Below, in pieces: positions 38,036 to 48,387 of a stretch of 64,000 nucleotides of DNA. Both the position numbers and the translations under genes were made by a program. Under the pieces are notes generated by a model. It was not told the origin of the DNA. It did not search any database and saw only the letters and a program-made list of their open reading frames with translations. Source of the stretch: Candidatus Oxydemutatoraceae bacterium (GTDB lineage: Bacteria; Pseudomonadota; Gammaproteobacteria; Poriferisulfidales; Oxydemutatoraceae); assembly GCA_965219575.1 (NCBI GenBank), contig OZ244779.1, positions 2,060,769 to 2,124,768 on the forward strand, in the 5' to 3' direction. Position 1 is the first letter of the stretch. Every line of letters starts with the position of its first letter.

Positions 38036-38980
38036 ATGTTTAATAATCCCGAATTAAAAACACCCGACCGTTCGTGGCTACAAAACCTGCCTAAAACAAT
38101 TTGTCTCTTAGACCGATTAGGGTTACTGCGCGTCGGCGGCGCGGAAGCAGAGGAATTTTTGAGCAAACTAGTCAGCTGCAAACTGGAATCGCAAAAGAAA
38201 CATGCTCAGCTGTGCTCGCTGTGCAATCCCAAAGGGCGCATCCTCGCCTGTTTTAACGTTTTTTACCGAGACGACGCTATCTACCTACAAATGCCATCCG
38301 AGTTGGTGGAACCTACAATTCAACGCCTCAAGATGTATGTATTAACATCGAAGGTTGAACTCGCCGATGTCGGGAACGATTTATCGGGCATAGGCTATAT
38401 CGGTTTCATTCCCCCGAAAGTAGCGGATAGCGATACGATATTGCAAGCACCGGGGCATCTGCCTCGTTATTTCATTTATGTAAGTACCGACCGAATACGA
38501 GCGGCGTGGCAACGCGGGTTGGATGACGGCTATGCACCTGCCTCGTACGACGCATGGCACTACGCAAGTATCGCTTGCGGAATACCGAACATCTATCCGC
38601 CGACAATCGAAAAACTGACACCACAAATGGTCAACCTAGACCTGATAGACGCAGTGAGTTTCTCCAAAGGATGTTATCCCGGGCAAGAAGTCATTGCACG
38701 CACGCACTATCTAGGAAAGATAAAACGCCGCTGTTATTTGTTTTCCGTTGCAAGCGACACTATAAAAATCGGAGACCCCGTCTATCATCCCGATTACGAC
38801 GAAGCCTGTGGGTTGGTGGTAGACAGTTATGCAACAACCTCCAATTATTCCCTTGCCCTTATCAGCGTACAAGTTAAAACCTTAACCCCTCCCCGACTCT
38901 ATATCAAAACCCAAGACGATCAAACCATCGCACTGCAAACGGAAGAGATGCCCTACTCCGTTGATACCGAAACAAAGTAA
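38036..38980 (+). CDS. ygfZ: Folate-binding tRNA-modification/Fe-S protein YgfZ
   Basis: KGCYPGQE signature. Confidence 0.93.
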   Translation: MFNNPELKTPDRSWLQNLPKTICLLDRLGLLRVGGAEAEEFLSKLVSCKLESQKKHAQLCSLCNPKGRILACFNVFYRDDAIYLQMPSELVEPTIQRLKMYVLTSKVELADVGNDLSGIGYIGFIPPKVADSDTILQAPGHLPRYFIYVSTDRIRAAWQRGLDDGYAPASYDAWHYASIACGIPNIYPPTIEKLTPQMVNLDLIDAVSFSKGCYPGQEVIARTHYLGKIKRRCYLFSVASDTIKIGDPVYHPDYDEACGLVVDSYATTSNYSLALISVQVKTLTPPRLYIKTQDDQTIALQTEEMPYSVDTETK

Positions 38981-38985
38981 TGCCG

Positions 38986-39278
38986 TTTGTCTACCGCTAA
39001 CACAATCGGCGGTTCTATTCTTCCCGTAACACGTTGCTCTCGCATAATCAATACATTCATCCATTTGATCTATGGAAACCATGATTGGGGGATGTGGCAG
39101 TTGAGTTTGTTCGGATACGACGGGGCTGTTGAAAAAGTGCGGACATCGCACAACATCAACCGCTTGCGCCATTTGGTTTTGGTTTCCATAAATTGGATGG
39201 CATACGATTTTATTTATGCTGACACGACGCGTATTCGGGCGGACATACAAGTCCGCCCCTACAAGCTTAATCGGCGGT
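38986..39278. repeat. Partial MITE/REP modules
   Basis: GGGGCTGTTGAAAAAG at 39122, shared internal modules, and GGGCGGAC..GTCCGCCCCTAC. Confidence 0.75.
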
Positions 39279-39341
39279 AGCATTTGGATATAATCCCAAA
39301 ATAGATTAGAATAGCCCTTTTTTATTTGCTATGGAACGTAC

Positions 39342-39902
39342 ATGATAGTTGTAAGACTTGCCAGAGGGGGTGCGAAAAAGCATCCGTTTTATCATATTGT
39401 AGTAACCGACTCGAGGCGGCGGCGCGATAGCGGCTACTTGGAAAGACTCGGTTATTTCAATCCTTTTGCCGTTAAAGACGAAATCCCGGTGCTACTCAAC
39501 CGAGACCGATTTGATTATTGGATATCCAAAGGTGCCAAATCGTCGCCTCGGGTCTCCTCTATTGTCTCAAAGTTGGAAAAAGGGAAATTTGCTATAAAAG
39601 AAAAAGTTCAAAAAACCGATGACGACATAACAAAACCCGCTAAAGCGACTGCGACCGAAAACAAACCGTCTCCGGAAACAGAAGCGACCGCAAAGGTTGA
39701 ACAACCTTCGGAGGAATCAAAACCGGAAACACAAGCAAAATTAGAATTGGAAGATAAACCGGAAAGCACACAGGAAGAAAAGCCGGCAACCTCTCCCGAA
39801 GCAGAAGCTAAGCGCGAGGATGTCAGCGATGTGCTCAATGCAGAAACACCGGCACAAACACCTGAGCCACCCGAAGCAGATAAAGAAGCCAACAATAAGT
39901 AA
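39342..39902 (+). CDS. rpsP: 30S ribosomal protein S16 with a long acidic C-terminal extension
   Basis: MIVVRLARGGAKKHPFYHIVV and ERLGYFNP. Confidence 0.95.
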   Translation: MIVVRLARGGAKKHPFYHIVVTDSRRRRDSGYLERLGYFNPFAVKDEIPVLLNRDRFDYWISKGAKSSPRVSSIVSKLEKGKFAIKEKVQKTDDDITKPAKATATENKPSPETEATAKVEQPSEESKPETQAKLELEDKPESTQEEKPATSPEAEAKREDVSDVLNAETPAQTPEPPEADKEANNK

Positions 39903-39991
39903 CAACGGATCACCCGATTTGTCATGCCGAATACCTCGTGTCGGCGCAATAAACTAAAACCATTTGAAACTTCTCAAAAGAGCGTGATGCG

Positions 39992-40744
39992 ATGAGAATA
40001 GATACGATCTCAATTTTCCCGGAAATGTTCGGCGCATTGCAAAGCGGTGTAATCGGGCGCGCCATTCAAAACGGCACTTTGCAACTGCAAAATTGGAACC
40101 CCAGAGATTATAGCGACGATGCGCATGCAACGGTAGACGATCGTCCGTACGGCGGCGGTCCCGGCATGGTGATGATGGCAAAACCATTATGTTCGGCTTT
40201 GCGCGATGCCAAAGCACAACAACAAGGTTCGTATAAGACTATCTATATGAGTCCTCAAGGTCGCTGCCTAGATCAGCAAACTATCAACTGCTTGGCTCGA
40301 TGCGATGGTTTGGTGTTGCTTGCCGGCCGCTACGAAGGCGTTGACGAACGGTTGATAGAATTGGAAATAGACGAGGATTGGTCTATCGGCGATTATGTAA
40401 TCAGCGGCGGTGAATTGGCAATTATGGTATTGATCGATGCAATCGCACGACAGCACGAAGGCGTGTTGGGCGAACAAGAATCGGCAGCGCAAGATTCTTT
40501 TATGCACGGGCTTTTGGATTGCCCGCATTATACGCGTCCTGCCGATTTTGAGGGTTTGCAAGTGCCGAGTGTCCTACTGAGCGGCAATCATCAAGCGATA
40601 AGGCATTGGCGATTAGAACAATCGCTAATCAGAACTTTGCAAAGGCGACCCGATTTATTTAAGCAATATACCTTAAACGACGAAGAACAGGCTATAATAG
40701 ACGACTATTTAGCAAAACAAGACCATCACCGAACAGGGAATTAA
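39992..40744 (+). CDS. trmD: tRNA (guanine-N1)-methyltransferase
   Basis: [21 protein letters not shown] and [11 protein letters not shown] motifs. Confidence 0.97.
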   Translation: MRIDTISIFPEMFGALQSGVIGRAIQNGTLQLQNWNPRDYSDDAHATVDDRPYGGGPGMVMMAKPLCSALRDAKAQQQGSYKTIYMSPQGRCLDQQTINCLARCDGLVLLAGRYEGVDERLIELEIDEDWSIGDYVISGGELAIMVLIDAIARQHEGVLGEQESAAQDSFMHGLLDCPHYTRPADFEGLQVPSVLLSGNHQAIRHWRLEQSLIRTLQRRPDLFKQYTLNDEEQAIIDDYLAKQDHHRTGN

Positions 40745-40746
40745 AA

Positions 40747-41091
40747 ATGAGCAATATCATTGAGCAATTAGAAGCGGAGCAAATCAATAAGGAATTGCCC
40801 GATTTTCAGGCCGGCGACACCGTCGTCGTTCAAGTTGAGGTTAAAGAAGGTAATCGCAAACGGCTACAGGCTTTTGAAGGCGTGGTGATAGCAAAACGCA
40901 ACCGCGGTCTCAATTCCTCTTTTACGGTCAGAAAAAACTCGCACGGCGAAGGTGTAGAAAGAGTATTCCAAACCTATAGCCCGCTTGTCAACAGTGTAAA
41001 AGTAAAACGCTACGGCAAAGTCCGACGCGCGAAGTTGTATTATTTGCGAAAATTGAGCGGCAAAGCTGCGCGCCTAAAAGAAAAAATCTAA
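40747..41091 (+). CDS. rplS: 50S ribosomal protein L19
   Basis: [16 protein letters not shown] and [10 protein letters not shown] motifs. Confidence 0.98.
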   Translation: MSNIIEQLEAEQINKELPDFQAGDTVVVQVEVKEGNRKRLQAFEGVVIAKRNRGLNSSFTVRKNSHGEGVERVFQTYSPLVNSVKVKRYGKVRRAKLYYLRKLSGKAARLKEKI

Positions 41092-41103
41092 TCGGTGATC
41101 GAA

Positions 41104-41178
41104 GCGGGTGTCGTATAGTGGTTATTACTCCAGCTTCCCAAGCTGGTAAGGAGGGTTCGATTCCCTTCACCCGCTCCA
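41104..41178 (+). tRNA. tRNA-Gly (CCC)
   Basis: Acceptor GCGGGTG/CACCCGC, anticodon arm CCAGC-TTCCCAA-GCTGG, GGTTCGATTC T-loop and an encoded CCA. Confidence 0.96.
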
Positions 41179-41200
41179 TCGATGCGAGCGGCAATTCTGC

Positions 41201-42418
41201 ATGAATATCTCGACTACACAAGCGAAACGAGTTTTATCCGGCATGCGCCCAACCGGTGCATTGCACCTGGGGCATTATCACGGTGTTATAAAAAATTGGC
41301 TGGAACTGCAGCTAACCCACGATTGCTTTTTTTTTGTCGCAGACTGGCACGCACTCACGACGCATTACGACGAAACCGAACACATAGAAGACTACGCGTT
41401 ACAGATGATCATCGATTGGTTGGCGTGCGGCATCAGCCCCGGCAATGCAAAGTTGTTTATACAATCGCAAGTCCCCGAACACGCCGAATTACAACTTTTA
41501 CTTTCGATGATCACCCCGCTGTCTTGGCTGGAACGCGTGCCCAGCTATAAAGACCAGCAAGCCAAACTCGGCGACAAAGACCTGATGACCCATGGTTTCC
41601 TAGGCTATCCTTTGCTACAAGCTGCAGATATTTTGATATATAAGGCGAACTATGTGCCGGTCGGAGAAGATCAAGTCGCGCATATAGAACTCTCTCGCGA
41701 GATTGCTCGCCGTTTTAATTATATCTACGGTTGCGAAAACAACTTCAAAGAGAAAGTCGAAAACGCGATCCGGAGATTAGGCGCGAAAAATGCCGAACTC
41801 TATCTCACATTACGTCGCAAACACCAAGAAAAAGGAGACGACAGAGCACGCGACACTGCGGTCGCACTCGTTGACTCTCAGCAGAATATCTCTTACGGAG
41901 ATCGTCAGCGGCTTTACGGTTATTTAGACGGTCATTCAAAATTGATATTACCGGAACCGGAAGCCTTACTCACTCGAGCAACCAAAATTCCCGGTACCGA
42001 CGGTCAAAAAATGTCCAAGTCTTACGGCAACACGATTGCATTGAGAGAAGCCCCCGAAATGATAGAAAAAAAATTACGCACCATGCCCACCGATCCGGCA
42101 AGAAAGCGGCGCAACGACCCCGGCGAACCTACCAAATGTCCGGTATGGGAATGGCACACTATCTATTCCGATGAAAAAACCCGACAATGGGTACAAGACG
42201 GTTGCCGTAGTGCCGGCATCGGCTGCTTAGAATGTAAAAAGCCGCTGATCGAAGCGGTGCAAGCCGAAGCCGAACCCATACGCAAACGCTCCAAGGAATA
42301 CGAGGACGATAAAGCAACCGTCAAGAAAATAATCGCCGAAGAAAACGAAGCAGTTCGCGATATTGCAAACGATACGCTGGAAGAGGTAAAGCTGGCGATT
42401 AAACTAATACACCGCTAA
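41201..42418 (+). CDS. trpS: Tryptophan--tRNA ligase
   Basis: SGMRPTGALHLGH, VPVGEDQ and KMSKS motifs. Confidence 0.97.
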   Translation: MNISTTQAKRVLSGMRPTGALHLGHYHGVIKNWLELQLTHDCFFFVADWHALTTHYDETEHIEDYALQMIIDWLACGISPGNAKLFIQSQVPEHAELQLLLSMITPLSWLERVPSYKDQQAKLGDKDLMTHGFLGYPLLQAADILIYKANYVPVGEDQVAHIELSREIARRFNYIYGCENNFKEKVENAIRRLGAKNAELYLTLRRKHQEKGDDRARDTAVALVDSQQNISYGDRQRLYGYLDGHSKLILPEPEALLTRATKIPGTDGQKMSKSYGNTIALREAPEMIEKKLRTMPTDPARKRRNDPGEPTKCPVWEWHTIYSDEKTRQWVQDGCRSAGIGCLECKKPLIEAVQAEAEPIRKRSKEYEDDKATVKKIIAEENEAVRDIANDTLEEVKLAIKLIHR

Positions 42419-43212
42419 TGATGAACAAAACATCACAGCCAAAACCGCTACTTGCAGTCGTCGGGAACGAGTCAACCACCGAGTTGCCTCAAGATCTTTA
42501 TATTCCTCCCAATGCGCTACGGGTATTTTTAGAGACTTTCGAAGGACCGCTGGATTTGCTCCTCTATTTGATCAGACGACAAAATTTAGACATTCTGAGT
42601 TTGCCGATTGCTGAAATCACCGATCAATATATCCGCTATATAGAACTGATGAAACAACTGGAAATAGAACTCGCCGCCGAGTATTTGCTGATGGTGGCAA
42701 TTTTAGCGGAAATCAAATCCCGAATGTTGCTGCCGCGCCACGAACAAGACAACGACGACGACGAGGCAGACCCGCGTGCCGATTTAGTGCGCCGCTTAAT
42801 AGAATACGAGCGCATCAAAAACGCCTCCGAGTCTCTAGCTGCGATGCCGCGCAGCGGACGCGAAACCTACGGATTTGAGATACCTTGCGAAGGATTACAC
42901 ATCGTTAAGCCTTTGCCCGAAGTAGAACTGGAAGACTTGGCAACTGCGTATAGAGAGGCACTGGCAAATATAGCACTCTACCGACGGCACCAAATCACCA
43001 CCGAACCTTTATTGGTGAGCGACCGCATCAACCTAGTCCTCAAATTGTTGGATGCCGAACAGCGCGTTGAGTTCAGAAACTGCTTCGCTGCCGAGGAAGG
43101 GCAAGCCGGTGTAGTTGTTGCGTTTCTAGCCTTGCTCGAACTACTGAAGGCCGACATGATAACGATTGTCCAGAGCGGATTTTGGGCACCGATTTATCTG
43201 CGGAGACGATGA
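42418..43212 (+). CDS. scpA: Segregation and condensation protein A
   Basis: FEGPLDLLLYLI and FLALLEL motifs. Confidence 0.95.
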   Translation: MMNKTSQPKPLLAVVGNESTTELPQDLYIPPNALRVFLETFEGPLDLLLYLIRRQNLDILSLPIAEITDQYIRYIELMKQLEIELAAEYLLMVAILAEIKSRMLLPRHEQDNDDDEADPRADLVRRLIEYERIKNASESLAAMPRSGRETYGFEIPCEGLHIVKPLPEVELEDLATAYREALANIALYRRHQITTEPLLVSDRINLVLKLLDAEQRVEFRNCFAAEEGQAGVVVAFLALLELLKADMITIVQSGFWAPIYLRRR

Positions 43213-43871
43213 TGCCGATAACCGAAAAGCATCAATTGAAACAAATAGTAGAAGCCCTGCTGATGGCATCGGCACGCCCCATTAACCTCGGGGAAATGAG
43301 AAAACTACTGCGCGAAAACGGCAAATTGCCGGATGCCGAACTGCTCAAAACGGTATTGAAAGACTTAAGCGAAGATTGTGCGGATCGCGGTATAGAATTG
43401 ATCGAGGTCGCCTCGGGCTATCGTTATCAAACACGCGCCGAACATGCACCGTGGTTGACAAAATTATGGGAATATAAGCCGCCGCGTTATTCCAAAGCAT
43501 GTCTCGAAACTTTGGCACTCATTGCCTACCGGCAACCGATCACGCGTGCCGGTATAGAGGAAGTGCGCGGTGTTTCGGTCGGCACCGGCACGATACGCAC
43601 CTTAGAAGAGCGCGGCTGGATAAAAATAGTTGGACACAAAGAAGTACCGGGCAGACCTGCACTCTATGCCACGACACAAGACTTTTTGGATGATTTCAAT
43701 ATCCGTTCGATAGCCGAATTACCGGAAGTAGAGAGTGTCGAGGAAGTTACGGCAAAAAATCCTCAGCTGATGCTACCCGTTGCCGTCGATGCTTTGCCTC
43801 TCGCCGCTCAAGATGCCGAACATCTGTCGGGATCGAACGATAAACCCGATAGCCCGACCGAGAGAGGATAG
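43209..43871 (+). CDS. scpB: Segregation and condensation protein B
   Basis: LETLALIAYRQPITR and PGRPALYATT motifs. Confidence 0.95.
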   Translation: MMPITEKHQLKQIVEALLMASARPINLGEMRKLLRENGKLPDAELLKTVLKDLSEDCADRGIELIEVASGYRYQTRAEHAPWLTKLWEYKPPRYSKACLETLALIAYRQPITRAGIEEVRGVSVGTGTIRTLEERGWIKIVGHKEVPGRPALYATTQDFLDDFNIRSIAELPEVESVEEVTAKNPQLMLPVAVDALPLAAQDAEHLSGSNDKPDSPTERG

Positions 43872-43883
43872 ATAAACACCGTT

Positions 43884-44621
43884 TTGCAACAAAGATTACA
43901 AAAACTATTAGCCGATGCGGGTGTCGGTTCGCGACGGCGGATAGAGCACCTCATTGCCGATGGACAAATCAAAGTCAACGGTAAAGTTGCCGACCTAGGT
44001 AGTAAAGCAAGCCACAACGATCGTATATTAATCTCGGATAAAGAATTCAATGTATCGGCATATCCGGATCACCGAGTACTCATCTATCACAAACCATTAG
44101 GTACCGTAGTCAGCCGTAGCGATCCCGAGTCGCGCAAAACCGTATTTGAAAATTTACCCAAGCTGAAAAATAGCCGTTGGATATCGGTAGGTAGACTCGA
44201 CATCAATACCTCCGGTTTGCTTTTATTCTGCACCGACGGGCAACTTGCACATCGCCTAATGCACCCGTCGAGTGAAATAGAGCGCACTTACTCGGTGCGT
44301 GTACTAGGAAAGGTTTCCTCCGTTGCCCTAAATAATTTGCGCAGCGGCGTGAGACTGAAGGACGGTATCGCTTGTTTTAAGCGAATAAGCGTGCGCTATG
44401 ACTCCAAGCAGAGACTTTGGTATAAAGTGGTCGTTGCCGAAGGCCGCAATCGTTTGATTAGACGACTATGGTCGAGCCAAGGCTTAGTCGTCGGTAGACT
44501 GATACGCACCGGTTTCGGTCGGTTTGAATTGCCCGATAATTTGTCCGTAGGCGCATATAGACCGATGACCGAAAAAGAACTCGGACATCTTTATCGAATG
44601 GTCGGATTAGCCTTGCCATAA
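43884..44621 (+). CDS. rluB: 23S rRNA pseudouridine synthase B
   Basis: S4 domain RLQKLLA..GSRR, GRLDINTSGL, and position after scpB. Confidence 0.88.
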   Translation: MQQRLQKLLADAGVGSRRRIEHLIADGQIKVNGKVADLGSKASHNDRILISDKEFNVSAYPDHRVLIYHKPLGTVVSRSDPESRKTVFENLPKLKNSRWISVGRLDINTSGLLLFCTDGQLAHRLMHPSSEIERTYSVRVLGKVSSVALNNLRSGVRLKDGIACFKRISVRYDSKQRLWYKVVVAEGRNRLIRRLWSSQGLVVGRLIRTGFGRFELPDNLSVGAYRPMTEKELGHLYRMVGLALP

Positions 44622-44660
44622 TTGAATTATGGCATTATCATAAAATAGGTAACAACCGAT

Positions 44661-46514
44661 ATGGACTCAAAAACCGAAACACAAATGGAAGAGAAAACCA
44701 AATTTTCAGGTGCCGAAATCATTATTCGGACACTTGCGGATATGGGCGTCGATACGATTTTTGGGTATAGCGGCGGGGCGATATTGCCGACTTACGATGC
44801 GATATTTCTCTATAACGAGGCGCACCGCAAAGATCGGGGACGCGACCCGATCAACCTCATCGTTCCCGCCAACGAACAAGGCGCGGGTTTTATGGCGGCG
44901 GGTTATGCGCGCGCCAGCGGGCGACCGGGTGTTGCGTTGGTAACCTCGGGTCCGGGCGCAACCAACAGCGTGACTCCGATACGAGATTCTTTTGCCGATT
45001 CGGTACCTATGGTGCTCATCTGCGGACAAGTGCCGACCGCAGCGATGGGAACCGATGCTTTTCAAGAAGCACCTATCGTCAATATCATGTCGTCGTGTGC
45101 CAAGCATGTATTACTTGTAACCGACCCCGAAAAATTAGAGGCAACCGTTAGATCCGCTTTTGAAATTGCCGGTAGTGGTCGTCCCGGTCCGGTGGTAGTC
45201 GATATCCCCAAGGACATACAAAATTGGCAAGGGTTCTACGACGGTAATACGAAGTTAAATTTACCGGGCTACAAAGCGAGAGTGGATAAAGTCATGCAAA
45301 ACTACATACAACCCCAACATGTCAAGAAATTTTTCTCTTATTTAGACGCATCCAAGCACCCGCTACTCTATGTGGGCGGCGGCATTATAAACTCCGATGC
45401 ATCGGAGGCCTTGCGGGCTTTCGTAAAACGCTATCGTATCCCGGTGGTGACCACCTTGATGGGCATCGGGTCGGTCGACACCACCGACGAGCTCAGTCTG
45501 CATATGCTGGGCATGCACGGCACCGCTTATGCAAATTATGCGGTTGAAGACTGCGATCTATTAATTGCGGTCGGTGCGCGTTTCGACGATCGCGTTGCCG
45601 GTCGTCCGGATGCCTTCGCACCTTCGGCAAAAGCGATACTCCACATCGATATAGACACCGCCGAAATCAATAAGGTCATGACGGTCGATTGGTCCCACAA
45701 CGGCGATGCACGCACGGTGTTATCCGATCTGATGAAGCACGACGACGGCTTCTCCAAAGATTACCGCGAATGGCACGCACATATTGCGCGCCTAAAGCAA
45801 AAGCACAAACTCGACTACGACCACAACAGCAAATTGGTACAACCGTACGAAGTGCTGGAGATACTGAACGAATTAACCTGCGGTGAAGCCATCATCACGA
45901 CCGGTGTGGGACAACATCAAATGTGGGCAGCGCAATATCTAGATTATAAACATCCCAGAAGCTGGCTCACTTCGGGGTCTATGGGGACGATGGGCTTCGG
46001 TTTGCCGGCTGCGATAGGCGCGCAGTTCGCCTGCCCCGATAAACTGGTCTGCGACATAGACGGCGACGGCAGTTTGAGGATGAATATAGGCGAACTGGAG
46101 ACGGTTATTACCTATGACTTGCCGGTGAAAATACTATTGCTCAATAACTACGGCGACGGTATGGTACGGCAATGGCAGAAAACCTTCTTCAAAAACCGCT
46201 TTTCGGGAAGCGACAAATCTCTATTTCGTAAAGACTTCGTGCAAGCGGCCAAGGCGGACGGTTTTCCCTTCGCCAAACGTATCGACAAGCGAGAACAACT
46301 AAGAGCCTGTATCGAGGAATTCGTAGAGGCGAAGACACCCGCATTTTTAGAAGTCATCATAGATCGAGATGCCGGTGTCTACCCGATGGTTAGTCCGGGG
46401 GCAACTTATAGACAAATGATTACCGGTGATTATATCCGTGGCCGCAAAGAAGACGAATATCTATCCGAAGAGGAAGAAATCGTAGACCCGGTTAGCAACC
46501 CGAATGCCTTTTAA
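44661..46514 (+). CDS. ilvB: Acetolactate synthase large subunit (biosynthetic type)
   Basis: TSGPGATN, MLGMHG, GVGQHQMW and GDGS..NN ThDP motif. Confidence 0.85.
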   Translation: MDSKTETQMEEKTKFSGAEIIIRTLADMGVDTIFGYSGGAILPTYDAIFLYNEAHRKDRGRDPINLIVPANEQGAGFMAAGYARASGRPGVALVTSGPGATNSVTPIRDSFADSVPMVLICGQVPTAAMGTDAFQEAPIVNIMSSCAKHVLLVTDPEKLEATVRSAFEIAGSGRPGPVVVDIPKDIQNWQGFYDGNTKLNLPGYKARVDKVMQNYIQPQHVKKFFSYLDASKHPLLYVGGGIINSDASEALRAFVKRYRIPVVTTLMGIGSVDTTDELSLHMLGMHGTAYANYAVEDCDLLIAVGARFDDRVAGRPDAFAPSAKAILHIDIDTAEINKVMTVDWSHNGDARTVLSDLMKHDDGFSKDYREWHAHIARLKQKHKLDYDHNSKLVQPYEVLEILNELTCGEAIITTGVGQHQMWAAQYLDYKHPRSWLTSGSMGTMGFGLPAAIGAQFACPDKLVCDIDGDGSLRMNIGELETVITYDLPVKILLLNNYGDGMVRQWQKTFFKNRFSGSDKSLFRKDFVQAAKADGFPFAKRIDKREQLRACIEEFVEAKTPAFLEVIIDRDAGVYPMVSPGATYRQMITGDYIRGRKEDEYLSEEEEIVDPVSNPNAF

Positions 46515-46552
46515 TATTGTTATACCGTCGCTTGTCCGATTAGGACACGCGA

Positions 46553-46610
46553 GGGGCTGTTGAAAATAGAACCATCGATTGACCTACCGGTTCAATCGGT
46601 GGCTTTATCC
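46553..46610. repeat. MITE remnant
   Basis: GGGGCTGTTGAAAA plus the CGATTGACCTACCGGTTCAATCG module. Confidence 0.65.
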
Positions 46611-46731
46611 TATAAAAAACCGACGGAAAAACAGGTTTAGGATTATGATACAATATGTCCAAAACACACTTTGCATTAAAAATAAACAATAATATCTCAT
46701 TGGGGTTACACATTAAAATAGGAGACAGATA

Positions 46732-48387
46732 ATGAACGGAGCAGAACTTTTTATCCGCTGCCTTGAAAACGAGGGCTTAGAGTATATATTCGGTATTCCG
46801 GGAGAAGAAAACATCCATCTAATGGATGTATTGCTGGATAGCCCTATAGAATTTATTTTGACTCGCCACGAGCAGGGGGCTGCATTCATGGCCGATGTTT
46901 ACGGGCGTCTGACAGGTCGTCCGGCAGTCTGCATGGCAACTTTGGGTCCGGGTGCTTCGAACTTGGTAACCGGCTTTGCCGATGCCAACATGGATAATGC
47001 ACCGATTATTGCGGTAGCCGGACAAGGTGCGACTACCAGAATGCATAAGGAAAGCCATCAAATTCTGGATTTGGTCAGCATGTTTCGGCCTATTTCTAAA
47101 TACAGCATCGGAATTCGTGCACCCGAAGTGATACCCGAAGTAATTCGTAAGGCGTTTAAGGTTTCAAAAGCCGAGAAACCGGGTGGATGTTTTATCGATA
47201 TGCCGGAGAATATCGCCGCAGCCGAAGTTGCGGGACGAGAACCTTTAGCGATTAGAGATGTGACGATTCGGATAGCACGAACCGATTTGATCGACGAAGC
47301 CGCCGAGGTGATAGCCAAAGCCAAATTCCCTATCGTGATGGCGGGCAACGGGGTAATCAGAGGAGACGCTTCCACCCAACTTATGAAGTTTACGGAAACT
47401 CTGAATATCCCGACGGTCAATACCTTTATGGCCAAAGGTTGTATGCCGTTCTCGCACGAACTCAGCATCGGCACGGTCGGCTTGCAAGCGCGCGATTATG
47501 CCACTTGCGGCTTTGAACGCGCCGATGTGGTAATCTGCGTAGGCTATGACATGGTTGAATACCACCCTTATTTGTGGCATCCCGATAAAAACAAACACAT
47601 TATACATATAGACGCAACACCTGCCGAAGTAGACGAGCACTACAACGCCGAGTATAGAGTGCTCGGTGATATCGCTTCGTCGCTCGAACAGCTTACCCAG
47701 GCCGTCCTCGATAAAGGCGGCACCAATACGAATTATAGTTCCAGTTATAGAGAAACCTTGAAAACGATGATCGAGGAAGATTTCTGGGCTTGTGCAAACG
47801 ACACCGGCTGTCCGGTAAAGCCCCAAAAAATATTATGGGATGTACGGCAGGTACTAGCTAACGAAGATATACTCATCTCCGATGTCGGCGCGCATAAAAT
47901 GTGGATTGCCCGTATCTATCAAGCCGAGGCTCCGAATACTTGTATCATTTCCAACGGTTTCGCCTCTATGGGTATCGGCGTGCCGGGTGCCATCGCCGCC
48001 AAGATGATTTGTCCCGAGCGTACGGTGCTGACCATCACCGGCGATGCCGGGTTTATGATGAACTCACAAGAATTGGAAACGGCGATGCGTTATAACATAC
48101 CGATTATCGTGATGATTTGGAGAGACGACGAATACGGGCTGATAAGGTGGCATCAGCAAAAGGCTTTCGGTCGAGCGAGCCATATCAGCTTTAATAACCC
48201 CGATTTTATCAAGTACGCGGAGAGCTTCGGTGCCAAAGGTTTTCGCGTAGAAGATGCCAAGGATTTACAAGCGGTCATCAAAGAAGCCCGAGACTGCGGT
48301 ACGGTTGCAGTGATCGACTGTCCGGTAGACTATTCGGTCAATATGCAATTTACCGAAAAGATGGGAAAACTCGTATGCCCGATTTAA
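46732..48387 (+). CDS. ThDP-dependent acetolactate-synthase-like enzyme, possibly a 2-oxoglutarate decarboxylase
   Basis: FGIPGEEN, RHEQGAAFMADVYGRLTG, DVGAHKMW and GDAGF motifs. Confidence 0.8.
   Translation: MNGAELFIRCLENEGLEYIFGIPGEENIHLMDVLLDSPIEFILTRHEQGAAFMADVYGRLTGRPAVCMATLGPGASNLVTGFADANMDNAPIIAVAGQGATTRMHKESHQILDLVSMFRPISKYSIGIRAPEVIPEVIRKAFKVSKAEKPGGCFIDMPENIAAAEVAGREPLAIRDVTIRIARTDLIDEAAEVIAKAKFPIVMAGNGVIRGDASTQLMKFTETLNIPTVNTFMAKGCMPFSHELSIGTVGLQARDYATCGFERADVVICVGYDMVEYHPYLWHPDKNKHIIHIDATPAEVDEHYNAEYRVLGDIASSLEQLTQAVLDKGGTNTNYSSSYRETLKTMIEEDFWACANDTGCPVKPQKILWDVRQVLANEDILISDVGAHKMWIARIYQAEAPNTCIISNGFASMGIGVPGAIAAKMICPERTVLTITGDAGFMMNSQELETAMRYNIPIIVMIWRDDEYGLIRWHQQKAFGRASHISFNNPDFIKYAESFGAKGFRVEDAKDLQAVIKEARDCGTVAVIDCPVDYSVNMQFTEKMGKLVCPI

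Noticed and set aside
37990-38181. N-terminal extension of ORF 37732..38181
   Set aside because: It overlaps ygfZ on the opposite strand, and ATG 37989 has its own RBS.
41104-41178. tRNA-Gly as an island attachment site
   Set aside because: It is flanked by core genes, and I noticed no duplicated tRNA 3' end in the window.
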